From the NCBI RefSeq assembly GCF_004010195.1, contig NC_057755.1, forward strand, positions 11,676,580 through 11,740,579: a DNA stretch of 64,000 bases, in the 5' to 3' direction. The position numbers were made by a program, and so were the translations under genes. Position 1 is the first letter of the stretch, and every line of letters starts with the position of its first letter. Shown piece by piece: positions 10,982 through 22,100 of the stretch. The stretch is from Chiloscyllium plagiosum. Its lineage: Eukaryota. The notes beneath the pieces were generated by a model. That model was not told the DNA's origin and did no database searches. It saw only the letters and a program-made list of their open reading frames with translations.

Positions 10982-11740
10982 GTGTGAGAGAGAGAGAATG
11001 AAAAGAGCTGTACAGCTGGTAGAAAGTTTAACCCTTTGTGATTTGGTTTGAATGAACATTTGTTTGTTGGTGATTGAATGTTTGTGCTTTATTCCCTGGA
11101 GCTTGAGTTCCAGGACTGTTTTGAATCTGGCTTTTATTGTGGAAACTTAACATGATTTCTTTTAAGGTTAAGGATTCTATAGAGATTATGAAAAAAAGAA
11201 TGATAACGCCTGTTCTTTTTATAGGTCATGACTGCCTTACTGTCAGTTTCTAACTAATCTCTTTTATCTTTACATAAAAGCGATTTATGGAGGACAGTTG
11301 AAGTTTCAGTTCAACATTAGATTGTAGTAAAAACAAAATTCTATAGTTAATATCTGTGACCTTGCATTCGGCCATTGTTCATGCATTAGAAGTTTTTTTT
11401 TAAATTTGAATAAACAAATTCTTTTAAGGCAGCTCTGATTATTTTACGACCTATAGTATTGCAATTGAGCAATGATTGGTCAGGACTACTTAAGAAAATT
11501 AATTTTGGATTTAAATTAATGGACTAAAACTGGGTAATTACAGTGAATTTTAAAATTGGGAATTGTATGCATTTTACATTTTAAATATTAAATACTGAAT
11601 AAATGAACGTAAATATATAAATATATTTACAAGTTAGGAACAGGCTTTAAAAGTTAGTCAAGCATGAATTGATGAATTGGTGTTTGAAGTTGTGGGGAGC
11701 TAGAAATATTGCAATATTTCTTTAAAAAAAAAGAAAAAGG

Positions 11741-12430
11741 GGATGCTGGACAGGGAGAGGTGAAGTTTCCCCTCAGAGACCCCCAGTGGGAAAATCAAAA
11801 TCCGGAGCATAGAGAAGAAATGAGGGAATTGAAAGACCTGGTTCTAAAAGGAATAAGAGGGGCAGTTCCGAAGTCACGGAATTTGACTAAAGCCTTTGAA
11901 GTTAGACAGGAGAAAGATGAGACTCCAGCTTTCTTGCAAAGATTAAGAGACTCAATGTGGAAATATTCTGGAATGAACCCTGAGGACCCAATGGCACAGG
12001 GTTTTTTGAAAGTACATTTTGTGACAAAGGCATGGCCAGACATACAGAGAAAGATACAGAAGATAGAAAAGTGGAGTGAAAAACCATTAGATGAATTGTT
12101 AAGAGAGGCATAGAAAGTGTTTGTAAAGAGGGAGGATGAGAGACAAAAACAGAAGGTGAAAATGATGGCAGCTACAATTGATGAGGTAGTTAAGAAAAGA
12201 ATGGAACCAATAGTGAGCAACTGGAGTGGCGGGTAGCAGCATGTAGGACAGAGAGAGAGAGAAGGCAAGGGGGAGCATTTGATAGAGGGTATGAGCGACA
12301 GGGGCAGAGATGGAGGTCTCCACAGGCAGGATGTTATTATTATGTGAAGATAGGGCATTTTAAACGGGAGTGTCCTGATCTACAAAGGGAAGAAAGGGCA
12401 ATTCCACTTATGAATTTTGATGAAGAATAG
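11741..12430 (+). pseudogene. gag: ERV gag capsid/nucleocapsid
   Basis: MHR-like VRQEKDETPAFLQRL, VHFVTKAWPDIQRKIQK; premature TAG 12111-12113; mutated zinc knuckle CYYYVKIGHFKREC; gag stop TAG 12428-12430. Confidence 0.88.
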
Positions 12431-13650
12431 GGGTGTCAGGGGTTCCTGCCCTTGGGGGGGGGGGCACCAGGAACCCTTGATAAACCTGAAGGTGGGACCC
12501 TATATGGATGGGGAAGTCTTCCTAGTAGATACGGGGGCAGCACGGTCATCGCTGAATTTTAAACCAAAGAAAGTAGAAATGTCAACACGGTCAATTACTG
12601 TTTCGGGGATAAAAGGGGAAGGATTTACTGTTCCAGTATTTGAACCTATGATAATAGAAGGTCCTAAGGATAGGGTCACAGGGGAACTGCTGTATATCCC
12701 TGATAGAGGAAGTAACTTATTAGGGAGAGACTTAATTATCCTCTTAGGACTGGAGATTGGAATTCAGGAAAAAGAATTAGTTGTACAAATGGCAATGTTG
12801 TTAGAGGATGTGGAGAGAGAGATAGACCCTATTTTATGGGCTATAGAAGGGAATCGTGGAAAACTACAGATCCCTCCCCTTCTAATAAATTTAAAACGGA
12901 AAAGGGACGTTGTCTGTGAGCGACAATATCCTATTTCCATAGAAGGTAAACGAGGACTGAAGCCAGTAATTGAAGGACTGATTAGAGATGGACTGTTGGA
13001 GCCATGTATGTCTCCTTATAATACCCCAATTCTACCAGTGCGGAAATTTGATGGAACTCATCGATTGGTGCAGGATTTGAGAACATTAAATCGAATAGTA
13101 CAGATCAGGCACCCAGTGGTGCCAATCCCCTATACGTTATTAAGTAAGATCCCCCATAACCACAAATGGTTTAGTGTGATAGATTTAAAGGATGCCTTTT
13201 GGGCTTGTCCCTTGGCGGAGGAAAGATTTGGGACTATCCCCCTTTGAAATCTTATTTGGATTACCTTATCTGGGATCGAATGGAGAATTGCCAATTCCCG
13301 AAACTAAAGATTTGTTTTTAAAGAAGTATATACTGGGCTTGTCCTCCTCTTTGTCTTTCCTCGGGAAACAGGGTTTATTGGCACAGACTCCACCCCTTGA
13401 ATTCACCGTTCACCCCATCCAGCCGGGAGATTGGGTCTTAGTAAAATCATGGACAGAGACTAAATTGCAGCCGGACTGGGAAGGGCCGTACCAGGCTCTT
13501 TTGACTACTGAAACGGCAATAAGGATGGCGGAGAAAGGCTGGACTCATTACACTCGGATCAAAGGGCCTGTGGACCCTCCAGTTGAGGAAGAAGTCTGGA
13601 CAGCCCAATCAACGCAAGACCCGCTGAAACTCAGACTAAAGAGATTTTGA
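12431..13650 (+). pseudogene. pol: ERV pro-pol: protease and RT N-terminus fused by deletion to integrase C-terminus
   Basis: FLVDTGAARS, NLLGRDL, SPYNTPILPV, RLVQDLR, FSVIDLKDAF; jump at ~13222 to GLSPFEILFG, QPGDWVLVK, WEGPYQ, WTHYTRIK. Confidence 0.92.
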
Positions 13651-13671
13651 GTAACTGATTATACAGTGGCG

Positions 13672-14247
13672 ATGCAAGCGCGGGGTTATTTCTGTAAGAT
13701 TGTATATTAAGTCTTTTTGTGCTTCAGCATGATGATTAGAATACTGGGAATGCTTAGAGTTATGATCCCTCTTAGTATTGGGATTTTGTCAAATATCATT
13801 TTCATATGTATTATTAACGGTTCCTGAGTCTGATAATCCACAAGTAATAGACACTGATGCATGCAGCTTATTAAATTGTGGGGATGTAGATAATCAGAGA
13901 CAGTACCGCAGCTCTGAGATACATCTTAAGTCCTATGGGGATGGTACTTGGTATAATGGTCTCGTCACAGTACACTGGGCCCCCTTCCGGCCAGCTCGCA
14001 ATTGTCCCGATAAAAAGTGTAACCCAATATACCTAACAATAAGGAAAACTACATGGCATGAAGCAATTCTGGGGGGTGGGGGGGGGCATCTATGAGATAC
14101 AAGTGAAACATTTGGGATCGAAATGAAAGCAAATGGGAAGGATTTCTTGGACTGTTGTTTTTGAATTAGCGTAGGACAGGGAAAACGGGTAGAATTAGTG
14201 GATAATAAGATACAACCTTTCACCCCTCCTGATGATCCTAAAGGTGT
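13672..14247 (+). pseudogene. env: ERV env SU N-terminal remnant
   Basis: Lies between integrase and the 3' LTR; hydrophobic leader-like stretch and Cys motifs DACSLLNCG and CPDKKCNPIYLTI; truncated. Confidence 0.65.
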
Positions 14248-14693
14248 TGTGAGGGGATGAAGTTAGGCCTGTACAAACATGTTTCCCACTTTGTATGGAG
14301 ACACAGGAACAAACCCTAATTAAAGAGGTCATAAAGATCAGAGTGGCCTCCGGAAAGGCCGAGATGGAAAGAATATGCCTAACGATGACCTGCAGTGGGA
14401 TGATGCCAAACGACCTTATGAGGCCATTCTATCACGGACAAGGCCGGATAAGCAGGGGTGGTGGGATCAGTCTTAGGGAAGTGAATGATGTAAATGGGGG
14501 GGAACAATGAAATAAGAAAAAATATGTAGGGACCCAAATTATATAAATTTCGAGAGTTTATTGAATTTGGTGTGTTTTTGTCCCTGCCTTGTGGACATTA
14601 CACCCACTTGCAATTGTAAAATAAAGGACACTGCTGATTCAGATTTTTGTCTTGGACTGCAATTATTGAAGTGAGTGAGCTTTGTTTCTCACA
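14248..14693 (+). repeat. ERV 3' LTR (first ~230 nt missing)
   Basis: Matches 9842-10299 and ends TTTCTCACA before the TSD; TATATAAA 14540-14547, AATAAA 14620-14625. Confidence 0.9.
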
Positions 14694-15320
14694 AAGGGAT
14701 CACTCTGGGATATTTGGGACTGGGAGGGGGTCACTGCTCCACTGTTTGTGGATGGTGAGAGGTGAAGCAGATCAGTCCAGGGTTTGTGAATGGGGTGTGG
14801 GGTAATGGGAATCACTCAGGGTTTGGGACTGCACGCAGTGATCATTCCATTATTTAGGGATGTGAGAGTGGGGAAATCACTCTGGAATATGGAGAGATCT
14901 TGCAATCTCATGCTTGGTATCTTGGGGATCACTCCAGGATTTGAGGAATGGGTGGGGGGAGCTACCACTTCAGCATTTGGGAAATTATTTGGGGCATTGG
15001 GGACTATGGTGGGGTCTCTCTTGGATTTGGGGATTGGGAACTGTGCTGGAGTGAAGCCATTCTGGGATTTGGAGCCTTGCGTTGAGGGAGGGGAGAAATC
15101 ACTGTATGATCTGGGGACTTTGTGGAGGAGGTTTGGAGAGAGGCGATATCATTCTGGGCTTTAATGTCTGGTGAGCAGATCACTCTCGGGTTTGAGAGGC
15201 ATTGGGGAGGGAGGATCACTGATATTTGGGGACTCGCGGGTGGGTCATTCTGGGGTTTCGGAACTGGGGGACGCCTCACTGCAGGGTTTTTGGTGCAGGG
15301 GGTCACTGCGGGGTTGCTAA
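14694..15320 (+). repeat. Degenerate G-rich tandem-like repeat (right part)
   Basis: Same GATCACTC..GGG(A/T)TTTGGG motif as 9125-9607. Confidence 0.7.
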
Positions 15321-15337
15321 ACATCACCAATTTGATC

Positions 15338-15830
15338 AACGCCCTTTCCGACGCCTCACTCAACGTGGACGACCGAGTTGAACATTCCCACAACGTGTTG
15401 ACGTACGTGCGTACGTAGGCAGCGGCGTGTTGACGTTGTTAGACGCTCCCTCCTGTTTCCCCCCCACCCTCACCCCCACCACACACCGGTGAGTATTGTT
15501 GTTGTGGCTTTTCTGTCGGCCTCTTCGTTCATCTCGGTTCGGTGGGTATTTCCGCCGCCACATCCTTCTGGGATGGCTGGGTTGTCAGTACGTTCCTGAC
15601 TTTTTCTGCTTTTCAGCCCGAAGTTGCCCTCCGTCCCGATTTAAAGCATTAACACAGAGCCCGAGGGAAGAGGCCTCACCGGCCTGGGCTGTTTACCCAA
15701 GGGCTTGGGGAAAGAGAGAGAGAGAGAGAGACAGGGATGTTTGCCCCCGGGCGGGGAGGACGAGGGATATTTACTCGGACGCAGTGGTGGGGAGGAAGAA
15801 GGTGTACCGGCGGCGGCGGTGATTTTGAGG
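15338..15830 (+). promoter_or_regulatory. CpG-rich promoter region of CCAR1
   Basis: Strong local CpG enrichment in an otherwise CpG-poor window, upstream of the first coding exon. Confidence 0.7.
15400..15488 (+). other. CCAR1: Probable non-coding exon 1 of CCAR1 (start approximate)
   Basis: Strong donor CCG|GTGAGT at 15488/15489 inside the CpG-rich region; the TSS cannot be fixed from sequence. Confidence 0.55.
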
Positions 15831-16544
15831 GATGTAGAGATGTGTTTATTGGGGGAGGGAGGGTGGAGGTGCTTGAGAGCTGTTTAATCTCGGAGGAAAG
15901 AGAAAAGACGAGTGTTAACTCTAAAGGGAGGAGGGGAGGTAGAGGGTGGGGAATTAGAGATGTAATGGGAAGGGGGGGGGGACAGAAACAATGATTGGCT
16001 GGAGAACCTCCCCCCCAAGGGTCCGCGGATAACGTGTTTGGTCTAGTGTGGTGGAAGTGGGTAGCTGTTTACCCAGGAGGCAGGGACAATGTATTTTCTT
16101 GGATTGGGTCTTTGGGGTGGGGGGGTGATTGGCGGGTGGGTAGTGGCATCGTGTTTACCTTGGGGCCTGATTGAGGCTTGGTGAAAATTGAGACGAAAAA
16201 GATGTGATGGATTTCTGTTGAAATTAGGGGGTCTGTAGCAGTTGAAATGAAAAGTTATAAGGTTGGAGTTCAGAGATGTTCTACGCCAAAAGGCAAAGGG
16301 TTTGGCAATGACTTACAGGAAAGACATGCATAGAGAAGTCCACGACAGTGTTTTGGAGAAACAGTGCCTCATTTTTGGGATAATTTTGCAGCCTTTTCTA
16401 CTCAGTATTGAGTTCACTTATTTCAGACAGTGAACTCTGTCCTTCCTTTTTAATGTTCTTTATCCCAATGTCTATCTTATTTCAGATTCTTGCTTACAGT
16501 TTGAGCTGACCTTGATTCTGCTATTTACCTGTGATTTGTTATTT

Positions 16545-18310
16545 CCTTACAATCATAAGAAATAGGAACACATTCAGACTATTTTTTCACTCAAGTCTGC
16601 TCCATATCATGGTTGATCTGTTTCAGACCGCAACTCCTCATTTGTATCGGCTCCTCATCGTAGCCCTCAACTCCCTGATAATTTTTTAAAAAATTGATCT
16701 TGTCTTTTAATATTTTTTGCATCTAGTGTCCACAACATTTGGATAGAGAATTCCACACATTCAGATCCTTTGGAGAAGAGATTACTTTTTGTCGCAGTTT
16801 TAAACAAGTGTTCATTTATTCTGTAACTGTGCCATCAAATTGCGATGTTTTCCACTGGTGAAAACATCTATCCTGTCAAACCATCTTGGAATCTTGAATA
16901 TTTAATTCTTTAAAATCTTAATGAATAGAGGCCTGACCTTTTAGCTATTTTTATAAAGTCAACCTCTTCTTCCCAGGGATCAGCCTAATTGTTTCTTTTC
17001 AATTGCTTACAATATAATATTCATTGTTAAATACTGGAACCAAACTGTATACAGTATTCCAGGTGTCACTTGTAACAAGACTTGCGTATTTTTCATCACT
17101 ACTGCCTAGTAACGTCAAAATTCCATTTGTCACCTTAATGACTTGCTGTGCTTGCAAGATGACATTTTGTGTTTCATATACAAAATTACCTAGATCCTAC
17201 TATTTTGTACTGTTTTGGAGTTCATACCTATTAAATAGACTGCTTTGTGATTCTTCCTACCAAAGTGCGAAATCTCACACTTATTAAACTGTATATTCGT
17301 TGTGCCCACATCACAACATACCAATAGTAAATTTGGATACATTACACTACTCCTTTCTCCAGGTTATTAATATGGGTAGTAAATAAATTGTGGCTTGATG
17401 ACTGATCCATGTCACTAACATCTTTCCAACCTGAAGAAGACCAGTTATTAACTCTACTTGTATTCTCAAAGAACCCCAGAAAATTTGTCAAACAGATTTC
17501 CCTTTCACAAAGCTATGTTGACTCTATTCAATTGTTTTCTAAGTATTCTGCTATTTCTTCCTTAATGCACCCTAGTGTTTTCTGAGTGATATATATTAAG
17601 CTAACTGCCCGATAATTTTCTATTTTGTACTTTCCTCTCTTAAATAGGGGCATTACTTTGATTTTCCAATGCTCTGGAACCCTCCTGAAGTCTAGTGAGT
17701 TCTGCAATATTTTGATCAACTACAGCCACTTTCTTTAAAACCCTTGGATGGAGGCCATCAGATCCTGGGAACTTGTCTGCCTTTTGTCCCATTAGTTTAT
17801 CTGATACTTTGTCATGACAGAGACTTTGAAATATTTCCTCCCATTAGCACCTTGTTATCTGTTTGCTTTAGAATGTTTATAATGTCCTCCATCATGAAGA
17901 CTGTTGTAAAACATACCTTTAAGTTATCTGCCAATTAGCAGTTCTGCACTTACATCCCCCCGGGTCCCATACTTTAGCTACACTTTCTTTTTAATCTACT
18001 GTGGAAACTCTTGGCTGTTTACTTTTACGTTTCTTGCCAATTTACTTGCATAATCAATTTTCTCCTTTCTCATCAAATTTGTGGTCATCTGATTCCTAAA
18101 GTAATTTTGTTGCCTAAAGCATTTCCAATCCTCTGGCCTATCACTAGTTTTTGGTGCTTTGTATGCCTTACTTTTTGAATGAACACACTCTTTGATCACC
18201 TTTAATAACCTCGATTGTTCATCATTCTTAAGTACCTTTTGATCGGAATTCATTTTTGCTGAGTGCAATAATGTATCTGCTAAAGTGTCTGCCACTGCTC
18301 ATCTGCTGAC
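16545..18310 (-). mobile_element. Old decayed CR1 LINE
   Basis: Minus strand VPEHWKI..MPLFKRG..ENYRAVSL, KIDYASKLARNVK, and CR1 3'UTR-like sequence near 16550-16700. Confidence 0.7.
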
Positions 18311-19270
18311 TGTGCCACTCCCTTTTGGTTCCACTTCTCTTCAATTCCAAAGAAAAGTCACATTGGACTCTCTCTGTAGTTGCTGTCCGACCAGATGGGT
18401 TATTGCAGCACTTTATTTCTGGTAGTTATGTTTTATGCAAGAAGCAGTACGTCTGAAGATTATAACTCACCCTCGGTTGGTGCCAAAGGTTCAGATTTTG
18501 ACTTTCACCTGGCAGGGTTACCATCAGCCATACTATCAAAATCTCATGCCACGCCGCCACAATCCAGAGCCCTATTACAACTGAGCACCTCAGACAAAGC
18601 CAATTTCTTCCTCTCAATAATGATTACCTATTGCAATGTTTAAATCCGAAAGCAAAACTTAGAGCGTTTGGAAAATGAATACATTACTTTATGTATTTAT
18701 TCTGATAGCCTTGTGTGGAAAGTATTGACTCTTAAGAATTTTATTTCTCTTCATCTCATTTTCTCCAGTGCCTTTTATAAAATATTATTTTTACTCAATC
18801 TTTTCATGTTATGACACAGCTCTGGGTCAATTGGGACTTGAACATTCATGGGGATACAACTACTGCACACCATATTAAACTCTCAACTTCACTTTTAATT
18901 ACATTATTCTGTTGTGATTTTTATTTCTTTTCTATGAAGTGAAAACTAATAGCGTGATAATTGAACACATTTATTCTTGATTGACCATTACAGCCTTGGC
19001 CACATTCTGCCTCCGACTGGACAACATTCCCCTTCACAACCTTACCGCCCCTATTTCGGCAGAGATCATTATACTCAGTTGTAAAGGTCACCCATTCAAA
19101 CCATTCTGAAAAGATTGAACTTTGACAGCAGTTTCGTTTGCATTGTAAATGCTAGGAAGTGTTAATGATTATTTAATATGAATATAGTTAGACATTAATC
19201 TTTGCCATGTACGTTTTTAAGTCCTAGACAACTTGAACTTGATAAGTGTGAGGCTGTTGATTTTGAAAGA

Positions 19271-19340
19271 ATGGCTCAGTTTGGAGGACAGAAGAATCCC
19301 CCATGGACCACCCAATTTTCTGCTGCTGTTACACAGCCAG
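19271..19340 (+). CDS. CCAR1: CCAR1 first coding exon (exon 2; acceptor probably 19227/19228)
   Basis: MAQFGGQKNPPWTTQFSAAVTQP matches the CCAR1 N-terminus; donor CAG|GTCAGT; phase 1. Confidence 0.95.
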
Positions 19341-20227
19341 GTCAGTCTTTCTCAGTACTGCTGTTTATTCTGTGTAATCATATCTCTCTCTTAAGCTGAG
19401 CAGTATGTGTTCAGTCCCAGACAGTGCACAATTGTCATCTGAGCACCAGGTCACCTTCAGAACCCAAAACAAATGTGGGCTGAAATTTTCAGGGCAGTGG
19501 CAGTGGTTTTCAAATTGCCACTGCACTCAACTTCCCCCAGTTGGACACTGCTGTGCATTTCTAGCAGGTCTACTGATCCCAGTTTTCTCAGTTGAGGTGA
19601 ACAGGACACCGCCCCTTCTATGGCATTTGTTACACTACAAGAACTGTAGCAGTTCAAGAATACAGCTCACCACTGCCTTCTTGAGTATTTAGAGGAGGTC
19701 AGTGAATGCTGATCAAGCTAGCAATGGGCATATCCCACGAACAATTTAAAATAAACGCATATTTCAGAGGGTCCCAAAGAGTGGGGAAATTGACCTTACA
19801 AGTTGAAACAGAGGTCAGCATTTCAGGACCTCATGCACATCTTCAGTTATATGTCCTATCCCCTAATCGCAGATCAGAGGTTTTGACCTGTTGTGTGTAT
19901 CTCGGGAATTGTGTCTGCTAACAAGCTTGTTAAAGAAAAGCACTAAATGCTGGAAGTTCTCAGTAAGTCTATCAGCGTCTGTGGAAAGAGAATAAGGGTG
20001 AAACATGTACTGTTTCCTATCCACAGGTGGTGCCTGACCAGGTGAGTATTTCCAGCATTTTCTTCTAATTCAAATTATCAACATCTGCAGTATATTGCTT
20101 TTAAATGATGCCTTCTTATTCACATGATCACACATGCTATTTCATCCTGATTCAGCTATGATCTTGGTAAAACTGCTGGACAAAGCCTTACCATTGCTGT
20201 CATGTATGAATTTATTGTCTCCATCAG

Positions 20228-20391
20228 GTGCCCTTGGTGTTCAGCCATCGCTGCTAGGTGCCTCTCCAGCTATGTATACCCAACAGCCAGCTCTGGCTGC
20301 GGCTGGCCTCACCACCCAAACACCTTCAGGCTATCAGCTTACCCAGTCAGCAGCCTTACAACAGCAGGCAGCAGCTGTTGCATTGCAGCAG
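20228..20391 (+). CDS. CCAR1: CCAR1 exon 3
   Basis: (G)ALGVQPSLLGASPAMYTQQPALAAAGLTTQTPSGYQLTQSAALQQQAAAVALQQ; AG/GT bounded; phase 1 to 0. Confidence 0.95.
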
Positions 20392-21003
20392 GTATGCTTG
20401 ACCACTCTCTTAGTGTCATGAACAGATATGCAGAGAGATCCTGTGCTCTCCTTTGATCAATGCAGTTTAGACATGATACAGTTATGTTGTTCTGTAATCC
20501 TATTGGTTAATCCAACTGATAAAATTTCAGCTGCCTAATTAACCAATGGGTATGAATTCTGGCATTTTTTAATCATGGATTTATTTTTAATACAGTGAAT
20601 TGTATTGTAGATCAGAGGCGTACTGGCAAATGTAGCTTTAAAACCAATGTTTGTCATTGTGAATCAGGGAATCCAGGAGTGCATCTCAAAATCTGAATGT
20701 TTTAATGGTACCAGTGCTTGAAGAAAAGATTAAGAGTTTCTTCTCTGAATTAAAGATGCGCAGGTTAGAAGGATTTGCCATGCTAAATTGCCTATAGTGC
20801 CCACGGGTGTGGAGTTATGGGGATAGGGTGAGGGGATGGGTTTGGGTGGGGTCCTTTTCAGAGAACCGCTGCAGGCCAAATGACCTCTTTCTACGCTGGA
20901 GGAAGCCAGCCAAATGGCCTCATGTGCCATAACAATTCAGTGATTGTATAAATAATCGCGCAAGTAACGAATCTAATTACCAGCTTCACCTTGTTCGATG
21001 GGT

Positions 21004-21312
21004 TAGATTAGATTAGATTACATTACAGTGTGGAAACAGGCCCTTCAGCCCAACAAGTCCACACCGACCCGCCGAAGCGCAACCCACCCATGCCCCTACA
21101 TTTACCCCTTACCTAACACTACGGGCAATTTAGCATGGCCAATTCACCTGGCCTGCACATCTTTGGACTGTGGGAGGAAACCGGAGCACCCGGAGGAAAC
21201 CCACGCATACATGGGGAGAACGTGCAAACTCCACGCAGTCAGTCGCCTGAGGCGGGAATTGAACCCGGGTCTCTGGCGCTGTGAGGCAGCAGTGCTCACC
21301 ACCGTGCCGCCC
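21004..21312 (-). mobile_element. HE1-like V-SINE
   Basis: Full reverse-complement copy with (TTAGA)n tail. Confidence 0.9.
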
Positions 21313-22002
21313 ACTAATTAGATTAGAAACTGTAGACATCACATGTTAGTATAGTCAGAAACTTACAGTATTTTTAGGTTGTTGTGTTGCTTATATAACT
21401 ACATTGCAAGAGGGAGATGAGTAGATTACCCTTTCCAGAAGAAGGTGTACAAAGTTAAAAATCCCACAACATCAGGTTATAGTCCATCAGGTTTATTTGG
21501 AAGCACTAACTTTCAGAGCGCTACTCCTCCTCCATCAGGTGGGTGGTACAATTACTGCTGGCTGAGACTTCTTTTTGGTTATATTTTTATTTAGCTTATT
21601 TTTGGTTGGAATCACTAAAGTGAGCAGTGGTGGACGAAGGGTGAGAGAATTCTGGGAAGAATGAGCCATTGAGATGTAGTTAGGTAAATGTACTCATAAA
21701 TCAAGGGGCACAGTGTAGCAGGAAGTGTGACATTACCTCCTAGTACATAATTTATAGGGAGAAAGTATGCTCACTGAAACTGTATTCTTCATTTTTTGTT
21801 TAAAGAAATAATCTCATGGGCTGCAGATAATTTAAATTATCAAACATATGCAGCTGCTCAGGTGAGCAACTCGCCTGCACACACCACAGAAAAATGACAG
21901 GGAACATTGCTGATGGTGGTGTCCTGTCACTGGAAGTGATGAGTGAGAGATATGAGGTGGTGAATTGAATAAGTGAATTGGAATTGTATGCTAAATCTCA
22001 CA

Positions 22003-22100
22003 GTCGAGAGTGTGGTGCTGGAAAAGCACAACAGGTTAGGCAGCTTCAGAGGAGCAGGAGAATCAACGTTTCGGGCATAAGCCCTTCATCAGGAATGAGG
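22003..22100 (-). mobile_element. Penelope-derived terminal fragment with intact hammerhead-like core
   Basis: Minus strand reads CTGATGA-A-GGGC-TTAT-GCCC-GAAAC-GTT (22092 to 22065). Confidence 0.75.

Larger units (their letters stand above)
9608..14693 (+). mobile_element. Class I (gamma/epsilon-like) endogenous retrovirus, internally deleted and rearranged
   Basis: TGTGGGATA...TTTCTCACA termini with AAGG on both sides (9604-9607, 14694-14697); LTR pair, tRNA-Pro PBS, gag, pro-pol and env remnants. Confidence 0.92.

Noticed and set aside
12417..13650. Functional or domesticated retroviral pol
   Set aside because: The RT catalytic YxDD, RNase H and integrase core are deleted; gag has stops and frameshifts.
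14790..15994. Gly/Arg-rich ORFs around the promoter
   Set aside because: By-products of G-rich low-complexity and CpG-island sequence; no recognisable domain.
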